From Thermodesulfobacteriota bacterium (GTDB lineage Bacteria; Desulfobacterota; Desulfarculia; JACQYL01), in assembly GCA_963675595.2 (NCBI GenBank), contig CAXXLZ010000001.1, positions 896,001-960,000 of the forward strand: a stretch of 64,000 nucleotides of DNA, in the 5' to 3' direction. The number at the start of each line of letters is the position of its first letter. Within the stretch, counting starts at the first letter, position 1. This document shows positions 11,105 to 22,105 of the stretch, one piece after another. Under the pieces are notes generated by a model that did not search any database, had not been told where the DNA came from, and was given only the letters and a program-made list of their open reading frames with translations. Both the position numbers and the translations under genes were made by a program.

Positions 11105-11899
11105 CTATCTTCCGACAAAGTTGGGTTTCCTCTTCTCTGCGAAGGCCGTGAAGCCTTCCCGGGCGTCCGCGGTCGCGAACATTTTCCGCTGGCTCCTGTT
11201 TTCCTCATCAATATGAGCTCGGAGCCTGGGGAGAATCTCGCGATTCAAGAGGGCCTTGGTCTCGGCGATGGCCACGGGGGGTCTTGCGGCCAAATTTTGA
11301 GCCAACTCTTGAGCAGCCTGCATAACTTCTTCAGCAGGGACGACCCGGTTGTACAGTCCGAGGGAGAATGCCTCCTCCGCCGTCAGAATTCTGCCGGTAA
11401 AGAATAGTTCGGCGGCACGGTGGTACCCAATCGTTTCAGGCACGAAGAAGGTGCCGCCGCCGTCCGGCACCAAACCGATGTTGAGGAATACTTCAGCGAA
11501 GCGCGCCTTCTCGGATGCAATGGTGATATCACAAGCAAGAGCCAAATTGGCACCGGCGCCGGCCGCCACTCCGTTGACGGCCCCGATCACGGGTTTAGGA
11601 GTCCTCCGAATGGCCATGACCACACGGGTAAGCATTCTGAGAATATCTTCCTCTTCCGGTCCCTCCTTAATCTGGCTCAATAAGTCATCAGCGCCTTTTA
11701 CGTCCGCGCCTGCGCAGAACGCGCGGCCCTCTCCGGTGAAGATTACGCACCGAATGTCCTCATCCACCCCGGCGTCTTCAAAAGCTTTCAACAGCTCTTT
11801 CAACATCGGGACGTTGAAAGCATTAAGTTCGTCGGGGCGTCTCATGACGATTGTGGCCACCTGCTCCGATTTTTCAAAGCGAATCGTTGAAAATTCCAT
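11105..11899 (-). CDS. Enoyl-CoA hydratase/isomerase (crotonase family)
   Basis: AFCAGAD, AVNGVAAGAG, GLVPDGG, EKRKPNF. Confidence 0.9.
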   Translation of the reverse strand: MEFSTIRFEKSEQVATIVMRRPDELNAFNVPMLKELLKAFEDAGVDEDIRCVIFTGEGRAFCAGADVKGADDLLSQIKEGPEEEDILRMLTRVVMAIRRTPKPVIGAVNGVAAGAGANLALACDITIASEKARFAEVFLNIGLVPDGGGTFFVPETIGYHRAAELFFTGRILTAEEAFSLGLYNRVVPAEEVMQAAQELAQNLAARPPVAIAETKALLNREILPRLRAHIDEENRSQRKMFATADAREGFTAFAEKRKPNFVGR

Positions 11900-12383
11900 A
11901 GTGGTTTTCCCCTTGTGCCGTGACGTTGATACCATCCAAGGTGGTTCGTGGTTTTCCTCAGAATCAGCCTTCCGGAATTGCGGTGAGGCTTTGAGCTTCC
12001 AGTGATCGCAAGCCCACGGAAACTTTCATTGTAACCGCACAGGGCTCTGCTGTCCAAGCGGAAGTGCAGAGGGCGCAGAAAAGACGTGACGATTCAGGAG
12101 GGGAACACTTCCAAGATGCTTTCCTCACGCGCTTTTGTCCAAAGTTCTTCAACCCCGCAACAGCGGGGAGGTCGCGCTCAGGCCAAACAATCATTCGTCG
12201 AAACGCCTTCGATCGATATGTATCCGTTCCATCCATGCGGTTCTGATGCGGCCCTTTTATCATCAGCCGGACAAAGGCTGAGCGCACCGATGGTCCGTAC
12301 GAGACGGCGGACGAGGGATGGTCGTGGACGGCCGCTGAGGCTGCCCACGACCCAAACCGCCCGGAAGAGGGCGCCCGTTTGAG

Positions 12384-13955
12384 TTATATCTGTCGTTCCT
12401 GATCCTTCCAGTAAGGTTCCCGGATGATGCGTTTGAGCACTTTGCCCGTCGCCGTTCTGGGGAAGTCCTGAACGAATTCGACACTTCGAGGCCGTTTGTA
12501 GCCGGCCAGATTATCCTTGCAGAAGTCCAGTATTTGTTTTTCGGTGAGGGAAGCGCCTTCCTTAAGCATGACAAAGGCCTTCACTTCTTCACCCCAATCG
12601 GGATGGGGTACGCCGATGGCGGCCGCTTCCGAAACCTCGGGAATCTTCATGAGGACCTCTTCAATTTCGGCCGGGTAGACGTTCTCACCACCGCTGATGA
12701 TCATGTCGTGCTTGCGGTCGGCAAGGTAGTAGTAGCCCTCTTCGTCGAAGTACGCAATATCTCCGGCGGTTGACCACTCTCCGTTGATGGATTCTTCAGT
12801 CTTCTTAGGATCCTTGTAATATCCGATAAACGCGGAGCGAGCTTTGGCCCACAGAACGCCCTGTTTGCGCGGCTCGGTCACCACATTTCCTTCTTCGTCT
12901 ATCAGTTTGATGTCGATGCCGGGGTTGGGGAGACCGATGCTGCGGACTTTGCGCTTCTGATCTCGGTGCCTCAAGGTCGTGAGAGCCCCGGTCTCAGTGG
13001 AGCCGTACCCTTCGCTGAAACGGGCGTTGCAGAAGAACTCCAAGGCGGCTTCCTTGGTCTTTGTCATCAACGGGGCGCTGGAACTGCCGAGACTGGAGAG
13101 CGAGGACATGTCGTACTTGCTCCGGACTTCTTCGGGCAGCTCAAGAATTCGACTGATCATGGTGGGAACCATGGATGTCGTGGTCACCTTTTCATCTGAG
13201 ATCAGTTCCAGTACTTTCTCCGGATTGAACTTGCCTGAAGGCATGATTACGTTGGTTCCCCCGCACCAGAAAGTAATCAAGGTCGACCAGACGCTGTTGG
13301 AATGGCAAATGGGGATGATGGCCAGAAGAACACGTTTGGTCAGGTCGATATGAGCTTTTCCCGCAGTACGCACAAACACGTTCTTGATGATGTCCAGAAT
13401 CCCTCGCTGGGTGTTCATTGCCCCTTTGGGGAACCCTGTGGTACCGGAGGTATACCCGAAGAAGAAAATGTCTTCCTCGCTCATGTCCACATCCGTGGGT
13501 TCATTCGTCGGTTGTCCGGCAAGCAGGTCTTCATAATTCATGAAGCCTTCCGGGGTGTCTTCTTTAGGGGCGACGACGAAGACGTTCTCTTTTTTCACAT
13601 TGGCAAGGTTGTCGAAGTTGATCTTGTCGAACAGCTCCCTGCCTATGATGACACCGGTGGAATCGGAGTTGTTGATGACGTACTCGAGTTCGGAGGGCAC
13701 CAAGCGGAAGTTCACGGGCACGCTGATCACGCTGAGTCTCGCCAGTCCGTGGTAAATCTCGAGGAACTCGGTATTGTTGTACATGATGATCGAGACTTTG
13801 TCCTGTCTCTTGAAACCGCGCGCTCTCATGGCGTGAGCCAGCTGATTGGCCCGAGAGTTCAGCTCGGAGTAGGTCAAACGCTTTCCTTCAAAGACCGCTC
13901 CAACTCTGTCCGGGTTCCGCCATGAATTGATGCGCAATCCATCTGCAACGTTCAT
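12384..13955 (-). CDS. AMP-forming acyl-CoA synthetase
   Basis: YTSGTTGFPKG, YGSTE, DRKHDMIISGGENVYP, TGKVLK. Confidence 0.93.
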   Translation of the reverse strand: MNVADGLRINSWRNPDRVGAVFEGKRLTYSELNSRANQLAHAMRARGFKRQDKVSIIMYNNTEFLEIYHGLARLSVISVPVNFRLVPSELEYVINNSDSTGVIIGRELFDKINFDNLANVKKENVFVVAPKEDTPEGFMNYEDLLAGQPTNEPTDVDMSEEDIFFFGYTSGTTGFPKGAMNTQRGILDIIKNVFVRTAGKAHIDLTKRVLLAIIPICHSNSVWSTLITFWCGGTNVIMPSGKFNPEKVLELISDEKVTTTSMVPTMISRILELPEEVRSKYDMSSLSSLGSSSAPLMTKTKEAALEFFCNARFSEGYGSTETGALTTLRHRDQKRKVRSIGLPNPGIDIKLIDEEGNVVTEPRKQGVLWAKARSAFIGYYKDPKKTEESINGEWSTAGDIAYFDEEGYYYLADRKHDMIISGGENVYPAEIEEVLMKIPEVSEAAAIGVPHPDWGEEVKAFVMLKEGASLTEKQILDFCKDNLAGYKRPRSVEFVQDFPRTATGKVLKRIIREPYWKDQERQI

Positions 13956-14008
13956 TAATAGCTCCTTTTGGGATCAAGCGTTTTCTGAGAGGCTGCGCCG
14001 GAGTCTTA

Positions 14009-15100
14009 TCAGCGCAGTTGGTTTTTGTCCTTGGGATACCAGAAGTAACCGTCTTGCCAAGGCGGCACGAACATGTATCCCTGGCTTCCGTCGTTCCATT
14101 GGACGATCTCTTTGGTGCAGGGTCCGTTCTTCGTGGTGAACGGCCTCAACTTGCGACGAAGCAGCTGTTCGAGCACGCGTCCCAAGGCGAGGAGTCTGGG
14201 GACGTCGATACCGGTGTCGATACCCACTTCTTCCAGCATCACCACACCGTCTTCGGAAGAGCAGTTCCCAACGTCGACACCGTCCGTATACAGAGGACCG
14301 GTGCCCTTGCCCACCAAGTTGTCCACGATAAACGCAGGCTGCCCGCCCAGGGCTCCCAAGGAAAGCTCGACAACTTGCGCTCCCGCCATCACGCAAGCAA
14401 ACGTGTTGGCCAAGCCCATGCCTCGAGTATCATGGAAGTGGGCGATGCGGTACTGGGCTTCACCGTCGTACTTCGAGAACTCGTCCACCAGGCGGGACAT
14501 GTACTCATAGGTACGGATCGGATTACTTTCCCCGGTGGTGTCGCAGGGGGTGAAATGCCGGATACCGAGGTCGAGGCCCCATTTGATAAGATCAATGGTG
14601 TTCTCGATGGGCACCACGGCGTCGCAGGGGGACCCGTACACGCAAGCGATGGCCATGTCCAGATGGATTCCGACGGACTTGCAGATTTTGAACATTTCTT
14701 CGATTTCCGGCTTGTATTCGTCACGGGTTCGGCCGGAGTTGCGCTTTCCGTGCAGGTCGGCGGCGGAAATGGTGAAAGCGAGCCCGTCGATGGGATCGCC
14801 CTTCTCTTTGACCGCAGCAGCCCGCTCGGCGGCCTTCTTGGTCATACCGTAGGACTTATAGTATACGCCCTCGACGCGCTTGAGCGCGCCATGCACTTGC
14901 TCGGCGTCCGCCGACTGAGGGAGATATTTGGGGTGAGAAAAGTTGGTGACCTCAAGCATCTTGTACCCGCAGGCGATGAATTCGTTGATGAACCAAGCCT
15001 TGGTGTCTACGGGTAGGTAAGTGTCTAAATTCTGTATGCCGTCTCTCGCGAAGAGTTCCAGCATCTTCACTTTCTTGGGTAAAGATCCTTTCAAATCCAT
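14009..15100 (-). CDS. HMG-CoA lyase-like (DRE-TIM) acyl-CoA lyase, variant
   Basis: RDGIQN, CDTTG, HFHDTRG, EDGVVML; GGQP replaces the canonical GGCP. Confidence 0.8.
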   Translation of the reverse strand: MDLKGSLPKKVKMLELFARDGIQNLDTYLPVDTKAWFINEFIACGYKMLEVTNFSHPKYLPQSADAEQVHGALKRVEGVYYKSYGMTKKAAERAAAVKEKGDPIDGLAFTISAADLHGKRNSGRTRDEYKPEIEEMFKICKSVGIHLDMAIACVYGSPCDAVVPIENTIDLIKWGLDLGIRHFTPCDTTGESNPIRTYEYMSRLVDEFSKYDGEAQYRIAHFHDTRGMGLANTFACVMAGAQVVELSLGALGGQPAFIVDNLVGKGTGPLYTDGVDVGNCSSEDGVVMLEEVGIDTGIDVPRLLALGRVLEQLLRRKLRPFTTKNGPCTKEIVQWNDGSQGYMFVPPWQDGYFWYPKDKNQLR

Positions 15101-15528
15101 TTGACTCCTCCTTCGTTAAGTGTCGATCCCCTGTGAGGGATTGTTTTTGAATTGGCGTGTTGCTTTTCTGCCGTCCCTCTGAGATATGGTCCGGGAACAT
15201 GCCGTGACTCAGGTCAAAAACATACGCTCGGACTATTTTCACACCTTTGGCCTTTCGCACACCGCCCCGGTGTCTCAAGCGAGGCATTCCGGCGGCTGAA
15301 ATGCGATCAACCGGTGGGAAATCCGTTATTACGCCGACAATCGGCCGTGCACTGTCGTTATTGCGAGGAACAACCCAACGAAGCAGTTTCCAGGATTCCA
15401 CGAATCGTGTGTTTCCGGAGTGCCTCGGCCGCAGTAACCGCCTCCGAAGGCTCGGCATGACGGTTACGTTATTCCGTGATCACCTAGACGGGTGAACCTA
15501 CCCCCTTCCCGTTTCGGTGCCAGGGGAG

Positions 15529-15562
15529 CAAAGGAGAAACGCTTTATGGCGCTTCTCCTTTG
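15529..15562 (-). terminator. Hairpin / possible terminator downstream of thiolase
   Basis: caaaggagaaacgc-tttatg-gcgcttctcctttg inverted repeat. Confidence 0.5.
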
Positions 15563-15619
15563 AATATGGTCGAGCTCAGAGCCGAATCAGGTCGGCTCAG
15601 CCTTTGAGAAAGCCTGTCA

Positions 15620-16900
15620 TTAACGTTCCAGCGTCATGGCAAAGCCCATGCCGCCGCCGATGCAAAGCGTAGCCATGGATTTGGAGTAGTTTTTCCTCGC
15701 CATCTCCATGGCCGCCGCGTACACGATGCGAGCGCCGGTGGCTCCAATGGGGTGGCCGATGGAAATGCCGCCGCCGTTGCAATTGGTCTTGGACCAATCG
15801 AGACAGAGCTCTCGGATACAAGCCAAAGCCTGAGAAGCAAAGGCTTCATTCAATTCGGTATATTCGACATCCTTGACGCTCCAGCCGGCTCTCTTGAGGG
15901 CGATGTGCACGGCGGGGATGACGCCCAGTCCCATATAAGCGGGATCGATGGCGCCGGCGGAGTAGGAGCGGATCGTGGCCAAGGGCTTGAGGCCCATTTC
16001 GTCGGCTTTATCTTTGGACATCACCAGCACCGCCGCCGCCGCGTCGTTAATACCGGAGGCGTTGGCCGCCGTGACCGTACCGTCCTTCTTGAAGAAGGGT
16101 TTGAGCTTGCCCATTTTTTCCAGCGATGTATCCATGGGACGCTCGTCCGTATCGAAGATGAGAGGATCGCCTTTTCTCTGGGGGATGGACACAGGGACGA
16201 TTTCTTCTTTGAGAATGCCGGCGGCGATGGCTGCTTTGGCCCGCTGATGGCTCTCAAGGCCCAACTTATCCTGGTCTTCCCTGGAAATCTGGTACTTGTC
16301 GGTGATGTTTTCGGCGGTCATACCCATGTGGTAACCGTAGTAGAGCTCCCACAGGCCGTCGTTGACCATCAGGTCGACGGCTTCCGCGTTGAACATCCGG
16401 GCGCCTTCACGCAGTGCGGGCAGGGCGTAGGGAATACGGCTCATGTTTTCCATTCCGCCGGCCACGATCACGTCGGCGTCGCCCGCTTTGATGCTCTGTG
16501 CGGCCAAGGCGATGGCTTTGATGCCGGAGGCACAGACTTTGTTGACGGTCATCGCGGGAGTTTCCTTGGGCATACCGGCGTAGATGGTCGCTTGGCGAGC
16601 GGGATTCTGACCTTGGCCCGCCTGCACGACGTTACCCATGATGACTTCGTCGACGGCGATCTCGCGGGCGCTGTCGTCCCACTGCCGATTCTTCTCTTCC
16701 AGCTCGATAATACCCACGCCTTTCAGCTTCTCCGGCGCAAAGTCGATCATGTCGGGCGTCGCCGCCGGTTTGAGGCCTACTCGTTTGAGGGCCTCTCGGA
16801 TGCACAGGGCCCCCAACTGAGCGGCCGGAATGTCCTTCAACGTTCCCTGGAAGTTCCCTACGGCAGTTCGGGCTCCGCTTACGATCACAACTTCTCTCAT
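15620..16900 (-). CDS. Acetyl-CoA C-acetyltransferase (thiolase)
   Basis: NKVCASG, NEAF, GHPIGATG, LCIGGGMG. Confidence 0.95.
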   Translation of the reverse strand: MREVVIVSGARTAVGNFQGTLKDIPAAQLGALCIREALKRVGLKPAATPDMIDFAPEKLKGVGIIELEEKNRQWDDSAREIAVDEVIMGNVVQAGQGQNPARQATIYAGMPKETPAMTVNKVCASGIKAIALAAQSIKAGDADVIVAGGMENMSRIPYALPALREGARMFNAEAVDLMVNDGLWELYYGYHMGMTAENITDKYQISREDQDKLGLESHQRAKAAIAAGILKEEIVPVSIPQRKGDPLIFDTDERPMDTSLEKMGKLKPFFKKDGTVTAANASGINDAAAAVLVMSKDKADEMGLKPLATIRSYSAGAIDPAYMGLGVIPAVHIALKRAGWSVKDVEYTELNEAFASQALACIRELCLDWSKTNCNGGGISIGHPIGATGARIVYAAAMEMARKNYSKSMATLCIGGGMGFAMTLER

Positions 16901-17176
16901 TCGCTTGCCTCCTGATTCGTTGTTCTTTCTAAACCTACCCGTTTGAAACCAAGAGCAGAGATTCCACTGCTCCCGAATGGCACCGCTCAGTATGCAAAAT
17001 ACTTCCGTGAAAGTGTTTCCACGCCGAAAAAGGCGTCGCCGTGGACCGCATCACGCCCCGGAAGAACAAGGGCTTTGCCGGCGGGCGAGCCTCCGACCGC
17101 TTTCCCTCGAACGACCCCCACGGCTTGACCGGCAAGGCGAGGCCCGAGGCCTGTAAATCCTGATTATCGGAATGCT

Positions 17177-17785
17177 TCAATCGACGCCGGAATCCGGTCT
17201 TCTTATGCCGTGCAGAATCTGGTCGGTGAACTCGTCTATGTATTCCCTCAGGTCCGGAGTTCTTCCAACAAGCAGTTTGCTTACAACCAGGTGTTCCACC
17301 GTTCCTAAAATCATGGCCCGTACCAAGTAGGGGTTTGTTTCCGGTCTGAACTCTCCTGAAGATATCCCTTCTTCGACTATGCGTAATACGACTCTAGACC
17401 TTTCTCTCACGGCCTGATACGCCTGGGTGTCGAGAAACTTTCGATTCTGCTTGAGGATCAACATCACAACGGCGGCATATTCCAGATGGTTCTGATAAAG
17501 CCACAGATAGTGATAAATTAGGCTTCGAATCTTATTGGAAGCTCCGCGAACGTGATCCAGGATAAACGCCAGCATCTCTCTGGATCGTCTCTCCGTTTCA
17601 CCTCCAATGGAAAACAGGAGTTCTTCTTTGGACGAGAAATACTCATAAATCGTGGCTTCGGATATACCCGCCTGCTGCGCTACCTCCGAAATGGTTGCCT
17701 CGTGAAAACCTTTTTCGGCGAATATCTTTTGCGCTGCGTTTCGAATCCCCTGCTTGCGAGCTTCAACCCTGTCCTTGTTCTGCAC
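17177..17785 (-). CDS. TetR/AcrR family regulator (copy 1)
   Basis: HTH GFHEATISEVAQQAGISEATIYEYFSSKEELL. GTG start inferred by alignment with copy 2. Confidence 0.9.
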   Translation of the reverse strand: MQNKDRVEARKQGIRNAAQKIFAEKGFHEATISEVAQQAGISEATIYEYFSSKEELLFSIGGETERRSREMLAFILDHVRGASNKIRSLIYHYLWLYQNHLEYAAVVMLILKQNRKFLDTQAYQAVRERSRVVLRIVEEGISSGEFRPETNPYLVRAMILGTVEHLVVSKLLVGRTPDLREYIDEFTDQILHGIRRPDSGVD

Positions 17786-18386
17786 GAGGATCTCCAACGA
17801 AATCTTAGGCAACCCAAATTTGTAGAAACATTATCATAGCGACTTTTTGAAAGTCAACGTGATTTCTTATAGGCGTAGAAAAAAAGGAACAAACTTTTTA
17901 GCGTTGATATGGCACGGGGGGGCTTGACCGGAGAACGCCCTGATTGTACCAAACGACGCATGGTTGAAATTCGGCAATCCGTCGAGCCGTTGTGGCTGTC
18001 TTGATCTCATTCCATCCTTCCTTGGATTCATGAAATACGAAGAAAACAGAAGTAATACGGATCGATGCATGAATAGTATCGGCAATTCGGCTTATCGGTC
18101 CTTAAGGGTTTGGATAAAACCTATGTTACTTCACAATTTGCCGAAATTTGCTCTTTCCCTAAGTCCTGTGCTCCCAGGTTCAGGGAAGCCGGGGTGATTC
18201 CGTTTAGGTTAGGGAGGAGGGTTTCCCGGTTTTCCGGGGAAGAGTGGGACGTTGGGCAGGGGGGGGACCTTTGTGGACAAGTCCACGTTCAAAAGATAGT
18301 ATGAACCAGTTTCTTGTTCCTTTACACAGGGCCGGCGACTTCGTTCCGGATTCCTCAAACCTGAGCCGATCAGGGAGGCAAGTTTC

Positions 18387-20342
18387 ATGGAAACACGTAT
18401 TGCGACATCGTGTACCCGCGATTGCCCTTGTGGCTGCAGTCTGCTCGTCACCGTCCAAGACGGTGAGGTTGTGTCTCAACGGGCCGATTCCAGAAACTCC
18501 TATACTCGAAATTTCCTGTGCGAAAAAGGAAACCGCTATCTAAAGCGGGTTTACAGCCCGGAAAGACTCACGTCTCCCTTGAAGCGAGTGGGGGAGACTT
18601 TCGAAACCGTGTCATGGGACGAGGCGTTGGACATTGTGGCGGACAAGTTGACGGGCACTCGCCGGGAAAGCGGCCCTTTGTCCACTCTCTGGGCTCAGTA
18701 TTCCGGCTCCCTTTCCCTGCTCAATCTTTTTATGCCCAGGTTCTTCTGGATACATTTAGGCGGAAGTACGGTCACGACCGGTGGAATTTCCATCGACGCA
18801 CTTCAGGCGGCACAGGAGCTGGATTTTGGTGCTTGTCTGCTTCACGCTCCCGAAGACCTGATGAACTCCCGGAACATAGTGATCTGGGGAAAGAACCCCG
18901 CCGTTTCCAATATTCACTTGATGCCGTTCATCAAGGAAGCCCGGCGAAACGGGGCCCGGCTCACGGTCATTGATCCTCGCAGTTCCGAAACGGCCCGAAT
19001 GGCGGATCACCATATCGCACCCCGACCCGGAGGGGACGGGTACTTGGCCATTGCAGCGGCCAAGGAGATCCGTCGCCGACAAGGTAACATACCGGATTGG
19101 GTCGAAAAAGGGGCGAATTGGGAAGGATACCTCGACCTTCTCGACCGTTACAATGAGGATGATCTTTTAGAGCAAGCCGGCGTCGGTCGAGAGGAGGTCT
19201 CACTCCTGGCCGACGCTTATTGGGATGATCGTCCGTGTTCCACATATATGGGGTTGGGGTTGAATTGGTGGAAGCAGGGGGGAGCCCATTGCCGCTTGGT
19301 GCATTCCTTAATATATATGAGTGGGAACGTGGGGGTCGCCGGAGGTGGGGCGAACTTTTTCAATCGCGACTTTCCTTTCAGTACACAACCGTTCCGAGAA
19401 GAAATGGCCAAGGCGAAGGAGCGAGGAGTAAATTTGGTGAAGCCTCGGCGGCTTGTCCTTCCTCTCCTGGCTCAGGAAATCGAGAAGGCGGAGGATCCGC
19501 CGATAAGGGTCGCGTGGATTTCCATGTTCAACCCGGTGGCCACGGTACCTGATTCCAACCATCTGGCGAATGTGCTGCGTTCCCTGGAATTCGTGGTAGT
19601 CACCGAGCAATTCATGACCGCCACTGCGGCGTGCGCCGATATCGTTTTACCGGTCACCACTTATCTGGAAGAAGAGGACGTGATTGGAAGCCATGGGCAC
19701 TCGTTTGTCGGACCGGTAAATGCGGCCATTGCTCCGCGAGGCCAAGCTCTCAGCAACTTTCGTATCTTCCAGCTGCTTGCCGAGAAGCTGGGATTCGGAG
19801 ATGCCTTGGCGGGATCTGAATGGGATTGGATTGCCCGGGCGTGGAGTCCTCTGTCCGAGCAAGGCATCACGTTGGACCAGGTGAGACAAGGGCCCGTGAA
19901 GCGTCCATTACCGTCGGTTCCGTTCAGTGACGGTGCCTTTTCAACAACCGACGGCAAATTTCAATTCATCACGGAATATGAGGGCCGTCCTCAAGACGAG
20001 CCGGGATTGTCACTCCTCATGGTGAAGGTATCCTCGTTCCTCAATTCACAACTACTGGACGATGAGGCACGTCCCGTACCCACGGTTCTTCTGAATCCGG
20101 TGGTTATGAAAAGCCTGGATCTGAGGGATGGGGATCGGGTGTGGATTCGGTCTCCCCTGGACCGAGTTGAAGCCGAAGTCGTGTCTTCCGAAAGAACCCG
20201 CGCCGACGTAGCCGAACTGTCACCTTCCATTTGGGCGGATGGCGGGAGGGGCGTCAACCGGTTGCGAGCGGCCCAGGTCAGTGACTTGGGACCCACGGCG
20301 GCCGTAAACGAGACGCGAGTCACCATTCACAAAGTGCCGTGA
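18387..20342 (+). CDS. Molybdopterin-dependent oxidoreductase (DMSO reductase family, cytoplasmic)
   Basis: CTRDCPCGC...LCEKG [4Fe-4S] motif, WGKNP, VIDPR, TATAACADIVLP, C-terminal MPT-binding domain; no Tat signal. Confidence 0.88.
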   Translation: METRIATSCTRDCPCGCSLLVTVQDGEVVSQRADSRNSYTRNFLCEKGNRYLKRVYSPERLTSPLKRVGETFETVSWDEALDIVADKLTGTRRESGPLSTLWAQYSGSLSLLNLFMPRFFWIHLGGSTVTTGGISIDALQAAQELDFGACLLHAPEDLMNSRNIVIWGKNPAVSNIHLMPFIKEARRNGARLTVIDPRSSETARMADHHIAPRPGGDGYLAIAAAKEIRRRQGNIPDWVEKGANWEGYLDLLDRYNEDDLLEQAGVGREEVSLLADAYWDDRPCSTYMGLGLNWWKQGGAHCRLVHSLIYMSGNVGVAGGGANFFNRDFPFSTQPFREEMAKAKERGVNLVKPRRLVLPLLAQEIEKAEDPPIRVAWISMFNPVATVPDSNHLANVLRSLEFVVVTEQFMTATAACADIVLPVTTYLEEEDVIGSHGHSFVGPVNAAIAPRGQALSNFRIFQLLAEKLGFGDALAGSEWDWIARAWSPLSEQGITLDQVRQGPVKRPLPSVPFSDGAFSTTDGKFQFITEYEGRPQDEPGLSLLMVKVSSFLNSQLLDDEARPVPTVLLNPVVMKSLDLRDGDRVWIRSPLDRVEAEVVSSERTRADVAELSPSIWADGGRGVNRLRAAQVSDLGPTAAVNETRVTIHKVP

Positions 20343-20580
20343 ACGGTTCGCCGATTCTCTCACGAGACGTCGTACACCTCGGGCAAAGAACGTCTCGTGA
20401 TTACTTGTTGCCGAAAACGGTTCGATTGGGTGTCGCTTCGGAATTCCCGGATCGCGATTCCGGTCTTTGGAAAGCGTATCCATCGGTCCGGAGTGACAAG
20501 GAGCCTTCGGGAAGGATGCGACAATTTCAAGAGATAAGACCGTCTATGCCCTGAACGGCGGAGGAGGCGAGCATGCCGCG

Positions 20581-21300
20581 CTACTCGCCGTTATCGTTCT
20601 CCGTGTGGCCGTCTTCCGCAATGTCGGGTTCCAGAGGCCATTCACCGGGCATCGTGGTGCATTCACGATGCCCCGACTCCGTTTGGGGTCTCCAAACCGT
20701 GCGAAGATCAGGGCTTCTGATACCCACTAGAATCTGATCGGCGAACTGGTCTATGTAATCCCTGAGATCCTGCGCCCTCCCCACAAGGAGCTTGCTGACC
20801 ACCAAATGCTCCACCGTTCCCAAGATCATGGCGCGAACCAGGTAGGGATTGGTTTCCGGTCTGAATTCTCCCGACGATATCCCTTCTTCCACGACGCGCA
20901 GAATTACTCGGGATCTTTCCCGCACAGCCTGATAAGCTATAGTATCCAGGAATTTCCGGTTCTGCTTGAGAATCAACATGACCACTGCGGCGTATTCCAG
21001 GTGGTTCTGGTATAGCCAGAGATAGTGGTAGATAATGCTTCTTATCTTGTTGGATGCTCCGCGAACGTGATCCAGAATGAACGCGAGCATTTCCATGGAG
21101 CGTCGTTCCGTCTCTCCGGGAATGGAGAACAGCAGTTCCTCCTTGGAGGAAAAATACTCGTAAATCGTTGCTTCGGATATGCCGGCTTTTTGTGCTACTT
21201 CCGAAATGGTCGCTTCGTGGAACCCTTTTTCTGAGAAAACCTTCTGGGCGGCCTCTCGGATACTCTGCTTGCGAGCCTCAAACCTATCCTTCTTCTGCAC
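20581..21300 (-). CDS. TetR/AcrR family regulator (copy 2)
   Basis: Same HTH as copy 1; near-identical protein. Confidence 0.9.
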   Translation of the reverse strand: MQKKDRFEARKQSIREAAQKVFSEKGFHEATISEVAQKAGISEATIYEYFSSKEELLFSIPGETERRSMEMLAFILDHVRGASNKIRSIIYHYLWLYQNHLEYAAVVMLILKQNRKFLDTIAYQAVRERSRVILRVVEEGISSGEFRPETNPYLVRAMILGTVEHLVVSKLLVGRAQDLRDYIDQFADQILVGIRSPDLRTVWRPQTESGHRECTTMPGEWPLEPDIAEDGHTENDNGE

Positions 21301-21439
21301 GCAAATCTCCCCTCAAATGATCAATTTCCTTTTCCTCCCAACAACAATATTCGGTACACGGCCGGCACGATGGTTCCTCCACGCGTCAGACGACGTTATG
21401 ACCAACTTGCGGAAGGACGTCGCAGGATTCGAGTCGCAG

Positions 21440-22105
21440 TTATTCGATCCAGGTAGTGAAATCGTCCGCTGAGACGCGTTTTCTCTCAAACCGATTGATG
21501 GCGGCGGAATCATCGGGATACCCGAGGGCGATTCCCATGACCACCCGTTTGTTCTCCGGGATTTTCAAAAGGGATCTGAGCGAATCCGGGTACCGAATCA
21601 CCGTAGACAAGATCAACGTGCCCAATCCTTTGTCATGGGCAAGTAGACAAATTCCGTGCGCAAAAATGCCGATATCCAACATACCGTATGGGACCTCCAA
21701 CTGGTCGTCCAGGAGCAGGAGGATCATCACGGGCGCACCGAACATGGTGTACATTTCTTCGTAGTATCGATTCCGAGCCTCTCGATCATCACGGGCGATG
21801 CCTTGGGCGTCCAGGCACGATTTCCCAATGTCGGCGACCCGCTCGTGCCATTTGGGAGGGAATCTGTCCGGCGTCGGAATATCCGATTTATGGGGAGCAT
21901 GAACGGCGACTTTTTCGCGCTGCGAATCCTTGAACCGTGACAGCGGCTCGCCGGACACCATTACCACTTCCCAAGGTTGAGTGTTCGCCCAGGAGGGACA
22001 CCAGCGGGCTTCCGAAAGAATCTCTTCGAGTAATGCTTTCGGGACCGATTCGGATTTGAACTTCCGAATGCTTCTTCTTCCTTTAAACACTTCCATGAAG
22101 TCCAT
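21440..22105 (-). CDS. Nitroreductase family protein
   Basis: RRSIRKF, PSWANTQPW, GLGT, IALGYP. Confidence 0.9.
   Translation of the reverse strand: MDFMEVFKGRRSIRKFKSESVPKALLEEILSEARWCPSWANTQPWEVVMVSGEPLSRFKDSQREKVAVHAPHKSDIPTPDRFPPKWHERVADIGKSCLDAQGIARDDREARNRYYEEMYTMFGAPVMILLLLDDQLEVPYGMLDIGIFAHGICLLAHDKGLGTLILSTVIRYPDSLRSLLKIPENKRVVMGIALGYPDDSAAINRFERKRVSADDFTTWIE

Noticed and set aside
17909-17925. Sigma54 promoter (TGGCAC) upstream of the molybdopterin oxidoreductase
   Set aside because: No TTGC at the required spacing.
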